A stretch of DNA of 64,000 nucleotides from NCBI GenBank assembly GCA_002937505.1, contig PTJY01000001.1, positions 472,986 to 536,985 of the forward strand, written 5' to 3'. Under the pieces are notes generated by a model, which was given only the letters and a program-made list of their open reading frames with translations, was not told where the DNA came from and made no database searches. Numbering within the stretch: position 1 is the stretch's first letter; every line of letters starts with the position of its first letter. The translations under genes were made by a program, and so were the position numbers. This document shows, in pieces, positions 30,753 through 41,184 of the stretch. This stretch comes from Alphaproteobacteria bacterium MarineAlpha12_Bin1. Its GTDB lineage: Bacteria; Pseudomonadota; Alphaproteobacteria; UBA6615.

Positions 30753-32141
30753 CTAAAATCCAAATCGATCACAAATTAAAGAATAAACACACCTCATAGC
30801 CTGCGCTTCCCCTCCCTCGGGTCTGCCAGGCTTGGCACTCGTATTCCAAGCCATAATATCAAAATGAGCCCAGGGTATATCATCATCGACAAACTCCTTG
30901 AGAAATAAAGCTGCCGTAATTCCTCCCCCAAATGGACCCTCACTTGCACTAGATAAATCTGCTACATTGCTATCCAACATTTTCCTATACGGCTGATAAA
31001 GGGGAAGACGCCAAACCGGGTCGGAAGTGATCTTAGAGTGTTTTTCAATGTCTTTCGCTAATTGATCATTATTGCTGTATAAAGCAGCAAGCTCTATTCC
31101 AACAGCCACACGAGATGCTCCAGTTAAAGTAGCATAATCAATTAATAAATCCGGTTTTTCACGAGAAGCCTCTGCCAAACAATCGCCCAATACCAACCGC
31201 CCTTCTGCATCAGTATTAGCGTTTTCTACTGTAATCCCTTTGCGCGTGGGTAGAACATCTAAGGGCCTATAAGAATTCCCTGATACCGCATTCTCAACAG
31301 CCCCTATCAAGATGCGCAAACGTATTGGCAAGTTTGCAGACATGATCATAGACCCCAAGCCCAATACATGAGCAGCTCCTCCCATGTCTTTTTTCATACG
31401 CAGCATCCCTGCAGCTGATTTAATATCTAAACCACCGGTATCAAAACAAACACCTTTACCAACAAGCGTTACTCGTGGACCAACTTTCCCCCAGCGCATA
31501 TCAATTAGCCTTGGCTTATCATCTGATGCACGTCCAACAGTATGAATCATTGGATAATTTTCTTTTAAAAGAGAATCGCCAACGATTACCCGGGTCCTAG
31601 CTGTGTAATTTTTCCCTATTGAACGAGCAAATAAAGCTAACTCAGAAGGCCCCATGTCTTCGGCTGGAGTGTTGATTAAATCTCGCACAATTTTTATAGC
31701 GTCAAGCGTAGCGACAATCTGCTTTTTATCACTTCTTTTAGGCCAAATTAGTTTTGGTCTATTTAAGCGAGCCTTTCTATACTTAGTAAATTCATAATTA
31801 GCTAACCCCCAGCCCAGAGCAATATCATTTGACGTATGCTTATCTACGGAGCTTTCAATATGATAATTTTCACTAGGCAAATTACTCGCCAATAGGCTCC
31901 ATGACCAAACTTCACTATTTTTTCCACCAATAAAAACAACCCTCTGAATACCACCACCCACATCAGGCAGTAGGGAAAAAGAGTTTATCTTACCTTTAAA
32001 GCCGCTTTCTGAGAGCCATTTACGATGAAAAGGTCCTAGCTTTCTATGCCAATCTGGTAGTTTCTCTTCAGAAACAATGGTTATCGGTATTGTTCTTTTT
32101 TTTGATCGAAGAACGAGATTATGGGGCAATTTTTTCCTCAT
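30753..32141 (-). CDS. M17-family leucyl aminopeptidase
   Basis: NTDAEGRL signature and M17 catalytic-domain pattern (..VGKGVCFDTGG..). Confidence 0.8.
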   Translation of the reverse strand: MRKKLPHNLVLRSKKRTIPITIVSEEKLPDWHRKLGPFHRKWLSESGFKGKINSFSLLPDVGGGIQRVVFIGGKNSEVWSWSLLASNLPSENYHIESSVDKHTSNDIALGWGLANYEFTKYRKARLNRPKLIWPKRSDKKQIVATLDAIKIVRDLINTPAEDMGPSELALFARSIGKNYTARTRVIVGDSLLKENYPMIHTVGRASDDKPRLIDMRWGKVGPRVTLVGKGVCFDTGGLDIKSAAGMLRMKKDMGGAAHVLGLGSMIMSANLPIRLRILIGAVENAVSGNSYRPLDVLPTRKGITVENANTDAEGRLVLGDCLAEASREKPDLLIDYATLTGASRVAVGIELAALYSNNDQLAKDIEKHSKITSDPVWRLPLYQPYRKMLDSNVADLSSASEGPFGGGITAALFLKEFVDDDIPWAHFDIMAWNTSAKPGRPEGGEAQAMRCVYSLICDRFGF

Positions 32142-32383
32142 TACTTATTTATCAGAAATCGACCTTTTTGATAGATCTAAGAAGGTTATTAAGAGCTTAC
32201 TATCGAAAATGACATCACACATAAATTTATATTTTAAGGCACTATTAAGCTAATTGTACGCAACTTTATAAAAAGATTCTATAATGTTCGATTGACCACA
32301 GCCATAGCAACTCATAGGCTGCTGATCCAAATATATATATATAATCGAATTTAAAACACATTATTTTTAGGAGACTTTTTCCG

Positions 32384-33022
32384 ATGATCGACTTTTATAC
32401 CTGGTTTACACCAAATGGACGTAAAGTGGCTCTTATGTTGGAAGAAACTGGATTGGACTATAAAACAATTTCAATTAATATAGGTAAAGACGAACAATTT
32501 AATCCAGATTTCCTTAAGATTAGCCCTAATAATAAAATTCCAGCCATTGTCGATCATGAAAACAGTGGCTATCCCCTATTTGAAACTGGAGCTATACTTC
32601 TTTATTTAGCAGAAAAAACCGGACAGTTTTTAAATACAACTGATCGTGATGCCTACTGGCGAACTATGGAGTGGTTAATGTGGCAAATGGGAGGGCTGGG
32701 CCCCATGCTTGGCCAAGTTCATCATTTTACGCATTATAACCCAGGCAAGGCTCAATATGCTCAAGATCGATATCAAAAAGAAGCTAGAAGACTGTATGGG
32801 GTTTTGGATAAACGCCTTGATGGACGAGAGTTCATTGTAGATGAATACTCAATTGCTGATATGGCTGTTTGGCCCTGGGCAGCAAGACATAACTGGCAGG
32901 AAATTGATCTTAATGAGTTTGCAAATGTCAGACGCTGGTATATGTCTATTCTAGAGCGCCCCGCAACTAAGCTTGCCTGGAATATTCCTGAGAACGACCA
33001 ACCCCTTCCGGTGCCAGATTGA
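32384..33022 (+). CDS. glutathione S-transferase
   Basis: 212 aa GST fold. Its stop lies 1 nt from the convergent bactofilin stop. Confidence 0.7.
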   Translation: MIDFYTWFTPNGRKVALMLEETGLDYKTISINIGKDEQFNPDFLKISPNNKIPAIVDHENSGYPLFETGAILLYLAEKTGQFLNTTDRDAYWRTMEWLMWQMGGLGPMLGQVHHFTHYNPGKAQYAQDRYQKEARRLYGVLDKRLDGREFIVDEYSIADMAVWPWAARHNWQEIDLNEFANVRRWYMSILERPATKLAWNIPENDQPLPVPD

Positions 33023-33023
33023 C

Positions 33024-33530
33024 CTATTTACCGTCGACTGCTTCTTTTTTAATTTTAAGCTGAGCGCTGGTGTTTTCTTCTTCTATTTGGTTGATTTCTC
33101 CATGTAGACCGCCACCGGTATCAACTTCTATTCGTCCGTAGGTTATTTTTCCTGAGGCCGAGCCAGTACTATGGACTCTTAACAAACCAGTCACAGTCAA
33201 AACACCTTCAACAGTGCCTTGAATATCCGCTGTCTCAACACGAGCCTCACCTTTAAAAACTCCTCGCTGTAGCACTTCCAGACTCTCGGCATCAAGAGTG
33301 GCCTCAACATTGCCCTCGACAACCAATATGGCACAATTGCTAATCTCACCTTTTAGATCGATACCAGGCCCAACAGACATCCTGTTTCCCTGCGAAATTG
33401 TCTGAGAGAGACTTTCGCCATCCCTTCGCATCGGAGGTATCTCGGGCAAGTGCCGAGCAGCAAGTGGTATACTCCTTTTATCGCTGTCACTAGTGGACAT
33501 CTTTATTTCAACTCCTAATGTATCCGGCAA
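33024..33530 (-). CDS. bactofilin (polymer-forming cytoskeletal protein)
   Basis: 168 aa. Central beta-helical repeat region (..G.V.G.V...G.L.V...G...G.I....I.V.G...G.I) with disordered termini. Confidence 0.7.
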   Translation of the reverse strand: MPDTLGVEIKMSTSDSDKRSIPLAARHLPEIPPMRRDGESLSQTISQGNRMSVGPGIDLKGEISNCAILVVEGNVEATLDAESLEVLQRGVFKGEARVETADIQGTVEGVLTVTGLLRVHSTGSASGKITYGRIEVDTGGGLHGEINQIEEENTSAQLKIKKEAVDGK

Positions 33531-33742
33531 TTTTGCCTTCTGTTTAATATAGCTCTTAACTTAGGATAGAAAACAGGTCACATGGTATATGGCTAAAACT
33601 AAAATTCCATCAATTACATTCAGTACTGTATCTAATCTATTACCCTACTTAAAAGGAAAACGGTATAAGAAAATTCTATTTGTCTATCTATTTTAGATCA
33701 CTATGTACAGAGATTAGTATAGTATTCATTTTAAGAACTTCT

Positions 33743-34756
33743 TTAAAGACGATAAATTTGAGCTGCTGTATCATGGAATAAAAATGATTTTTCAGACTCA
33801 GAATAATCTTTTGTAAGCCGCTTAAAAGAATTCCAAAGCACCGAATAGCTACAGCTAAGTTTGTCAACTGGAAAGTTTGATTCAAAGAGGCATCTCTCCA
33901 CTCCGAATTTTTCTATAATAAATTCATACCAGGGGCGGGTTTTGGATAGCAGCTCTAGACTAGTTGGAGGCATAGACCTCTTGTGCCAATCAAAACCGTT
34001 TATTTCCATATGCATGCCTCCTAGTTTAGAAAACACATTAGGGCATGTTGCTAAATCTGCTATGTCTGATTTCCAAGTCCTAAAAACTTCTTCACCCTTG
34101 TTTTTATAAGGACCAACCCCTAATGGTCCTCCAAGGTGATTTAAAATTATAACCGTGTCGGGAAATAAGCGTGCCAACTCAATAAGCTCAGAAATCTGCG
34201 GATGATAAAGCCAAGCTTCATAGCTTAGATTAAACTTTTTTAAATTTGAGAAACCCTCCCGGTATAGATCACTTTGCAACAGATTTGGAGGTCTTTTACC
34301 TCTTATAACAGGCACATCGTCGCTGGAATCCCATGGCACGCTATGACGAATTCCTTTAAATCGATCGCCTGCTGCTAATATGTGTTCCTCTAGTACTTTT
34401 TTTACTCGATCACCCAACAACAAATCAGCATGTCCAATTATGCCAGAAGCTACTTTTACGGGATCACCATTATTTGATGAGTTTTCGGAAACCAAGTTAT
34501 TAACGTACTCGGTCTCACCAACTGGGCTTAATTCCTTTGGACCACTATTTCTATACATGGCCCCGCACTCAATAAATACAGTTGATACGATATTATGACC
34601 GCAGTTTAGATCTGCCAACAACTCTTCTAATAAGTAACGAGGTTCAGTTTGATCCGTACGAAAGTCCCATAGGTGATGATGGGGGTCACAAATAGGCAGC
34701 TTGGGATCAAGTGCGTCTTCTTGGACAAGTGATAACCAGTTATCATTTGTGCCCAT
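33743..34756 (-). CDS. amidohydrolase-2 family metal-dependent hydrolase/decarboxylase (ACMSD/LigI-like)
   Basis: N-terminal ICDPHHHLWD metal-ligand motif and TIM-barrel amidohydrolase_2 pattern. Confidence 0.65.
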   Translation of the reverse strand: MGTNDNWLSLVQEDALDPKLPICDPHHHLWDFRTDQTEPRYLLEELLADLNCGHNIVSTVFIECGAMYRNSGPKELSPVGETEYVNNLVSENSSNNGDPVKVASGIIGHADLLLGDRVKKVLEEHILAAGDRFKGIRHSVPWDSSDDVPVIRGKRPPNLLQSDLYREGFSNLKKFNLSYEAWLYHPQISELIELARLFPDTVIILNHLGGPLGVGPYKNKGEEVFRTWKSDIADLATCPNVFSKLGGMHMEINGFDWHKRSMPPTSLELLSKTRPWYEFIIEKFGVERCLFESNFPVDKLSCSYSVLWNSFKRLTKDYSESEKSFLFHDTAAQIYRL

Positions 34757-34814
34757 TTACTTAGACGCTTGCTCAATAATTCTAACAAATTCGTTTTTTG
34801 CCATAAAATTTGTT

Positions 34815-35147
34815 TTATTTATACTCGATCTCTAGAGCGATAATGTCTTCCTTCCCAACATTAATCGCATTATGTTCAAACCCCTGACCAACGTCATAAA
34901 AATTAGCTTTTCCTGATTCTGATTTGATAAAGCCCTTAGCCCCATTTGCATCCTCATGAATTAATTCACCTGCCTGTATATGAAACGCAGCATAATTTTT
35001 TTCATGTCGATGCCAACCTGTACACTCCCCAGGTTTTATGTGATGAAAGGTAATACATGTTGTTTTATTATCGAGTATTACTTCATAGTGACTTTGTTTA
35101 GCATCTGTCTGATTCTTCTCAGTAACCGATAAATTTTTATTAGACAT
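34815..35147 (-). CDS. cupin-domain protein
   Basis: 110 aa with a cupin His cluster (GWHRHE ... H). Confidence 0.55.
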   Translation of the reverse strand: MSNKNLSVTEKNQTDAKQSHYEVILDNKTTCITFHHIKPGECTGWHRHEKNYAAFHIQAGELIHEDANGAKGFIKSESGKANFYDVGQGFEHNAINVGKEDIIALEIEYK

Positions 35148-35233
35148 TTTTTAATCTCTTCTAATCGTCCATTTTATTAAGCGCCAATAAAAAAACTAAA
35201 ACAACCTCTAGCCGCTAAATCAATAATAATTTT

Positions 35234-36469
35234 CTACTCTGCTGCAAGAGAGTAGTCTGGTGTTTCAAGCTCAGGAACCACTTTTTCCATAAATAACCTC
35301 ATTTCTTCCAACAATTCATCTTTAGGATGTTGAGCCCAATGCCAAATCAGAGTGATATACTCACAGGGTATTCTCGAATATATTTCCTTCCAATCATTAA
35401 TCGCATCATCAACTGTTCCACCCAGAAAAAATTTAGTCCTTTTCATCTCCGCAAAGGCTTTTTCAATATCCTGATTAACAGGATCAACATTATGGTTACC
35501 AAACACACTGTAAAAGTTCTTAAAAATATCGAGGTCATATTCTCTAATATTTCTATCAAAATCGTCAGCTGATTTGGCTATTCTGGTATGACGAACAAGA
35601 TTTTGATTTTGGCCATATAATAGATTGCGGCCATATTTAGCAGACTCCTCTACATATACTTTAGCTAACTCAACGACGCTATCGGTAGGATTAAAGTAGC
35701 TAGGTCGAAAACCATGTTTTGCTGCAAACTCGATGGTAGCACGACTTCGGGCAACAGCAACGAAACAAGGAGGGTGAGGATTCTGATACGGCTTGGGCAC
35801 TACAGATATACGACGAAGAACTCCATTATCATCCACCTCCCCTTCAGCGCCGGCTTCCTTTGCTATTAAATGGCCTTCATAGCCTTCAATACCTGTTTTA
35901 AGAGGATATGGAGCCTCATAATATTTACCTTTCAATTCAACAGAATCTTTTGTCCAGCAATCAAGTACCATTTCTACCCGTTCTTCAAAGATTTCTCTAT
36001 TCCTCAAATCTCCTGAACTGCCATCTGATCCTGTTGCTACGGCCTCGCTGCTTTGTCCAAGTATGTTAGTCCATCGAGACTGATAGCCTCGGGCAAAACC
36101 AACAAAATACTTTCCATTGGTTAGGTGATCTATAATAGCCGTTTCTTCAGCAACACGAATCGGATCTTGGGTTGCCATAACATAACCAAAGGCCCCAACA
36201 TTTACATTTTTTGTATGCGCCGCCCAATATGCATTTAACACCCCAGGATTAGGTCCTACTTCATAACCTTCAGAATGTAGGTGGTGCTCAATTGTGGACA
36301 TTCCCCACACACCCATCTCATCAGCAGCTTTTACTATGTCTGTCCATTCATGAACTATTTTATTATATAAATCTGAGTCACGACCTATAGGTCGTTTTTC
36401 CCGACGATCTTCTTCATTCTCTGAGGGAATTACTGGATATAGCTGAACGATAACTTTAGGCGATCCCAT
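35234..36469 (-). CDS. LLM-class flavin-dependent oxidoreductase (paralog of 29292..30602)
   Basis: 411 aa. About half of aligned positions are identical to the other LLM ORF across the full length. Confidence 0.65.
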   Translation of the reverse strand: MGSPKVIVQLYPVIPSENEEDRREKRPIGRDSDLYNKIVHEWTDIVKAADEMGVWGMSTIEHHLHSEGYEVGPNPGVLNAYWAAHTKNVNVGAFGYVMATQDPIRVAEETAIIDHLTNGKYFVGFARGYQSRWTNILGQSSEAVATGSDGSSGDLRNREIFEERVEMVLDCWTKDSVELKGKYYEAPYPLKTGIEGYEGHLIAKEAGAEGEVDDNGVLRRISVVPKPYQNPHPPCFVAVARSRATIEFAAKHGFRPSYFNPTDSVVELAKVYVEESAKYGRNLLYGQNQNLVRHTRIAKSADDFDRNIREYDLDIFKNFYSVFGNHNVDPVNQDIEKAFAEMKRTKFFLGGTVDDAINDWKEIYSRIPCEYITLIWHWAQHPKDELLEEMRLFMEKVVPELETPDYSLAAE

Positions 36470-36606
36470 ATCAAAACCTTTAGTTTAATTGTTAGTTAAA
36501 GTTATTAAACACCAAGTTAGCAGAATTCATATACTAAAATATGATAATTATATTCTATAACCTTAATAAAATAATTTAATATACAACACATAAAAGGCTT
36601 TTCACC

Positions 36607-37365
36607 ATGGATCTAAAACTTAAAGACCGTATATGTCTCGTAACAGGGTCTAGTGTGGGCATAGGAAAAGGAATTGTAAAAGCGCTAGCACGTGAGGGAG
36701 CAACAACCATTGCTGTTGCACGTAGAACTAACCTACTTCAAGATCTTGCAAATGAGGTAGAGGAAATGGGAGCTATAACAACACATCTAATTACAGAGGA
36801 TCTATCCTCTAAAGAAGGACCTGAGAATGTAGCTAAAAAAGCTATAGAAGAGTTTGGTCAAATTGACGTACTGATTAATAATGCGGGCCAATCAGTCTCA
36901 GCAAATTGGGATTCTCATGATAACCTTTGGACCCAATCATTTGACCTAAATTTTCATGCCGCAAGACGCCTGACAACTCCTCTAATACCTATGATGAAAA
37001 AAAACAAGTGGGGTCGAATTATAAATATAACTGGAGGCATGGAGGCAAGCGGCCTAAACGCAGCTTCAACCGGAAAAGCAGCAACACACATGTGGTCAAA
37101 GGGGTTATCTCGTGAGTTGGGGCCCGATGGAATTACAGTAAATTGTGTTGCGCCTGGCCGTATAAATAGCGAACAAATTTTAGAAAGGTTGCATCCAGAC
37201 TCCGTCGAACGCAGTGAATTTATTAAACGCGAAATTCCAAACGGCTATTTTGGAGAACCTGAAGATCTAGCTGTATTAGTAGCCTTTCTTGCCTCTCCCA
37301 TAGCAAGATATATTAACGGAGAAGTAATTCGTGTAGATGGCGGAATGGCAAAGTTTGCTCACTAA
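36607..37365 (+). CDS. SDR-family oxidoreductase
   Basis: TGSSVGIG cofactor motif, NNAG, and the catalytic S...Y..K pattern. Confidence 0.8.
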   Translation: MDLKLKDRICLVTGSSVGIGKGIVKALAREGATTIAVARRTNLLQDLANEVEEMGAITTHLITEDLSSKEGPENVAKKAIEEFGQIDVLINNAGQSVSANWDSHDNLWTQSFDLNFHAARRLTTPLIPMMKKNKWGRIINITGGMEASGLNAASTGKAATHMWSKGLSRELGPDGITVNCVAPGRINSEQILERLHPDSVERSEFIKREIPNGYFGEPEDLAVLVAFLASPIARYINGEVIRVDGGMAKFAH

Positions 37366-37446
37366 GGCCAGGAAAACCCTTGAAGTATTGGACTTATTTT
37401 CTAACGGAAATATAAGGCTATTTAAGGCAAGTCTATGTAAAAAAAT

Positions 37447-38709
37447 TTATGAATTAACCACTCCACGTTTTTTGGCCCAGATAAACAAACATATTATTGC
37501 AAAAAATAATACAGCAGCACTTAAAGCCAATGAAAGGTGTATGCCAATCAGACCGCCACCAAAGCCAACAGTAAAACCGCTAAAAGTACGCCCCCCCAAA
37601 CTACCCACATTGAATAGTCCTATGGCTCTACCTCTTAATTCTGTTGGTGCATTGAGCTGCGCAAGAGTCCGTGTCATTGAATTGAAAGACAAATCAAAAA
37701 AACCAGCACAAACTAATAGAAGAAATGACAAAATATAGTAGGGTGACAAAGCAAAACCAAAAATAGCCACTGCCCACAGCATCCCAAGTATAAAAGATGT
37801 TCTGGTTTTAGCCGGTAACATGCTTCTTCCCTCTAGAACAATACCAGCGATTAAAGCGCCTGCTGCATTCGCTCCGAGCAGTAAACTATAATATAAACCT
37901 TCTCCACCATAACCGAGATCTCTAGCGAACTCTGGTATTTGTGGCTGATGAGCATTCCCTACAATAGCAGCAGCAAGTCCGGCCAAAACAGACATAGAAA
38001 ACACGATTGGTATACTCGAAATTTGACGGAGGGTTTCGATTAAATCCCTCCAACTCGACATAGCCGCTGCAGGTCGGCGAGCGTCCAAACTTGAAGGTTT
38101 TGGGTTGTGTATTAACCACAAAGTCAAAGGCATATAGATAAGAATATTAATAAATATGCCTAAGGTTGGGCCAACAAAAAATAGTAAAACACCTCCTACA
38201 GCCGGCCCCAAAAGAAGTCCAAGAGTTATGGAAGTAGCCATCAAGCGAATGGCACTTTGCAACTGTTTTTGACCCACAATATTGTGTACTAGCACCTGTC
38301 CAGCAGGCGCCCAAAGAACGCCAGCCATACCATGGACAATTAATAATATTACGGCGTGCCACTTCTCAAGACTGTCAGTAGCTAGTAAAACACCCCATCC
38401 CAAGGAAACAATCATAAATAGAACCATTGCTGCCTGAATAACCCGCCTAGGATCAAAACGATCAGCTAGCGCTCCAGCCCAAAAAGAGCAAAGGATAAAG
38501 GGTACCCAGTGTGAAACAACTGCAAAACCCGCTAGTGATGGAGATTGAAATTTTTCAAAAATTATCCAATAGCTTATTACATGCTCAACACTATCAGCCA
38601 TCATGGCTAAAGCAGCGCCCAAAAGGTAATTGCGAGAAGCAGGATATCTTAAAGCCGCATAGGACATTTGCTCTCCATGGGCCTTCACTTTGGAGTTAGT
38701 TTCGTTCAT
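37447..38709 (-). CDS. MFS transporter (EntS/MFS_3-like)
   Basis: 420 aa with 12 predicted TM segments and MFS loop motifs. Confidence 0.65.
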   Translation of the reverse strand: MNETNSKVKAHGEQMSYAALRYPASRNYLLGAALAMMADSVEHVISYWIIFEKFQSPSLAGFAVVSHWVPFILCSFWAGALADRFDPRRVIQAAMVLFMIVSLGWGVLLATDSLEKWHAVILLIVHGMAGVLWAPAGQVLVHNIVGQKQLQSAIRLMATSITLGLLLGPAVGGVLLFFVGPTLGIFINILIYMPLTLWLIHNPKPSSLDARRPAAAMSSWRDLIETLRQISSIPIVFSMSVLAGLAAAIVGNAHQPQIPEFARDLGYGGEGLYYSLLLGANAAGALIAGIVLEGRSMLPAKTRTSFILGMLWAVAIFGFALSPYYILSFLLLVCAGFFDLSFNSMTRTLAQLNAPTELRGRAIGLFNVGSLGGRTFSGFTVGFGGGLIGIHLSLALSAAVLFFAIICLFIWAKKRGVVNS

Positions 38710-38855
38710 ATTTTGATAAACTATTCTGTTTCTGCCAAAACAAAATTATTAGATAAATAAAAAACGCGCTATTCACAAAGCTTTGAATACAAATTTAGTG
38801 CGACACGCAAGACGATTTATTCTATCAATCAGTTTTAGATTATCTTCAAGTTTTC

Positions 38856-40241
38856 CTAACCAAATACCAACTTGGGTAGGTAGGTTACAATTCCAGGATA
38901 TGCATACATGCAAATAATCAAGGCAAGCATTAATATCCAGTAAGGGGTGGATCCCTTAAATATATCCATTAATGTCACATTTTCCCCGTCTCCCATATCT
39001 GGGATCGAAGCCTTAACAGTATAAACTAAAAGCCCGAATGGGGGTGTCAATATACCAGCTTCGATAGCTAATATACCTATTAAAGCGTAGGTTAGGGGAT
39101 CAATCCCAATAGTTGCCGCGATCGGAGCAAATATCGGAACAGTTAACAACATAATCGAAACTGAATCGATTATCATGCCCAAAATGAACCAAACTATTAC
39201 CATTACAAATATGACTTGCCATGGATCTAGACCGGCGTCTGAGAAAAAACCTTGAATAGCAGAAACAACCCCCGTCATAGTAAGGGTACGGGAATATAAC
39301 TGAGCCGCTATCAGCAGTATAAGAAGCGGAGCGGCCGTCCTTCCAACTGCTAGGATGCCTGCGTAAATATCAGGCCATCTCATCCCCTTTATTATTCCAA
39401 GTAATAGAGCTATCAGCGCTCCCATACCAGCGGCCTCAGTCGGAGTGAATAAACCTGCCCAAATTCCTCCCAATACAGTAACAATAAGTGCTAAGAGACC
39501 TAACCCACTTGTCCAAATGGAAGCTGAATTAATTTCACCATCGACTTCGTCAGGATTTAAGTTTACAGCAGATATCCCATCGTCATTAGTTCCTGCTTTC
39601 AAAGTATCAGCGGAGTGTCCAACTAACCGAGGGCTAAGAATTGCAGCGACTAAAATATAAACGGCGAAAAACGAAACTAGGATCAACCCAGGAAGAACTC
39701 CCGCTAGAAACAGCTTACCGATCGATTGTTCGGTAAGAATTCCCCAGACAATCATTAAGACACTTGGAGGAATTAGCATCCCTAAACAACCGCTGCCCGC
39801 AATCGAGCCTAAGGCAAAACTTCTGTTGTAGCCATGACGTTTCATTTCGGGATAGGCAATTCTTGTAAAAGTAGCTGCAGACGCAATACTTACCCCTGTA
39901 ACAAATGAAAAAACTGCGTTTCCAAACAGCGTTGCTAAAGCCAGACGGCCCGGTATCCTGCGAAAGGATCTTTGTAAACTCACATAAAGATCACTTGTAG
40001 CCCCAGACCTTCCTATAAACTCGCCCATTAACATAAATAGCGGAATAACAGCAAAAATATAGTCCCGTATGGCATCATAGAAGGTGTTCTGAATTAGAGC
40101 TAAAACAACACTCTCTCGTCCTGTAACCATATAAATACCCACTGCGCTGGTAATACCCAAGGCAACGGCAACATGTATTCCTGAAAAAACGAGCACCAAA
40201 AGCAAAATCAAAACAACAGCAGCTACATCTGCAGAAAACAT
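38856..40241 (-). CDS. dctM: TRAP transporter large permease
   Basis: 461 aa polytopic permease, directly downstream of dctQ. Confidence 0.8.
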   Translation of the reverse strand: MFSADVAAVVLILLLVLVFSGIHVAVALGITSAVGIYMVTGRESVVLALIQNTFYDAIRDYIFAVIPLFMLMGEFIGRSGATSDLYVSLQRSFRRIPGRLALATLFGNAVFSFVTGVSIASAATFTRIAYPEMKRHGYNRSFALGSIAGSGCLGMLIPPSVLMIVWGILTEQSIGKLFLAGVLPGLILVSFFAVYILVAAILSPRLVGHSADTLKAGTNDDGISAVNLNPDEVDGEINSASIWTSGLGLLALIVTVLGGIWAGLFTPTEAAGMGALIALLLGIIKGMRWPDIYAGILAVGRTAAPLLILLIAAQLYSRTLTMTGVVSAIQGFFSDAGLDPWQVIFVMVIVWFILGMIIDSVSIMLLTVPIFAPIAATIGIDPLTYALIGILAIEAGILTPPFGLLVYTVKASIPDMGDGENVTLMDIFKGSTPYWILMLALIICMYAYPGIVTYLPKLVFG

Positions 40242-40262
40242 TACAAACTCTCCCCCGTTAAC

Positions 40263-40802
40263 CTATTCATCTACCGATGATTGGTATTCTACCATACTTG
40301 ATGGCAAAACTTCTTTTAGCGCCAGAATTGCATAATTTACAACCAACAAGCCACTTGATAGCAATACAACAACCCGAGCAGGCCACGTTGGCACTCTCAA
40401 AGCACCCTCTCCCTCGAACTCGCCTGAAACAAGTGCGTGCCACGCAGGGTCAATTGTTCCTATAAACAGCGCGGCAAAGAATAGGGCACCAAGTATGTAT
40501 CCCGCGCAATTAATAACTTTCTCAGGAATTCCTCCAATCATATGAAGCATGAAATCAGCGCGAAGCATTGATCGGGACATAACGCAATACGCAGTTTGCA
40601 TAAAAGCAATCATTACAATTGCGTTTTTCACTAATTCATGTGTTCCTTTTAAAGGAAATCCAAAAAATCTGCCGACTACGTCTATTAAAATATAAAAGGC
40701 GATTAGAAAGGCCCACATGGCTGCAATCACCATAAGCCATCTGCTCAGCCTGGCAGACCATATATCGATCTGACGAATCACAGGAATGTTTATAATGGAC
40801 AA
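40263..40802 (-). CDS. dctQ: TRAP transporter small permease
   Basis: 179 aa with 4 TM segments, upstream of dctM. Confidence 0.75.
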   Translation of the reverse strand: MSIINIPVIRQIDIWSARLSRWLMVIAAMWAFLIAFYILIDVVGRFFGFPLKGTHELVKNAIVMIAFMQTAYCVMSRSMLRADFMLHMIGGIPEKVINCAGYILGALFFAALFIGTIDPAWHALVSGEFEGEGALRVPTWPARVVVLLSSGLLVVNYAILALKEVLPSSMVEYQSSVDE

Positions 40803-41184
40803 GAACTCATTTCCTTTTTAGTCTAATTTTATATCACGTTACGAAACACAAAGCTGTTTTATCCGCGAACCTATAGCATATGACTGACTTGTAAGACAGT
40901 CTAAAGGCCAGTTGCTTTCTGATTATTTTCTACATAATCTTTGGATCTGTGTTTTTGAAATAAGCAGTATAGAAACCACAAGCCGACTTGTCACGCCCCC
41001 ATAAGAAGGCTAACAATAATATTACGGCTTTTGTCAGTATTAAATTAAAAGCAAAGAATTCACTTATTTTAAAGTTTTGTTTAAAATAAAGTGGATTAAT
41101 TAAAATGTACTCTGTATCGTAACGCGGACACGGTATAGAAAAATAATAGAGACACCGTGGTCTCAATTAAGAGAGGAGAATAAA

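Noticed and set aside
32332-32345. Short (AT)n microsatellite in the promoter region of the GST gene.
   Set aside because: It has only about 7 repeat units. This is within the chance expectation for AT-rich intergenic DNA, and there is no evidence of phase variation.
37337-37738. 133-aa plus-strand ORF overlapping the 3' end of the SDR gene and the MFS transporter gene.
   Set aside because: It overlaps the well-supported MFS transporter on the opposite strand. Its Pro/Lys-rich sequence mirrors the transporter's codons.
40930-41166. 78-aa ORF in the dctQ/dctP intergenic region.
   Set aside because: It lies in the AT-rich divergent promoter region. It has no ribosome-binding site context and no similarity to anything. 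Probably non-coding.
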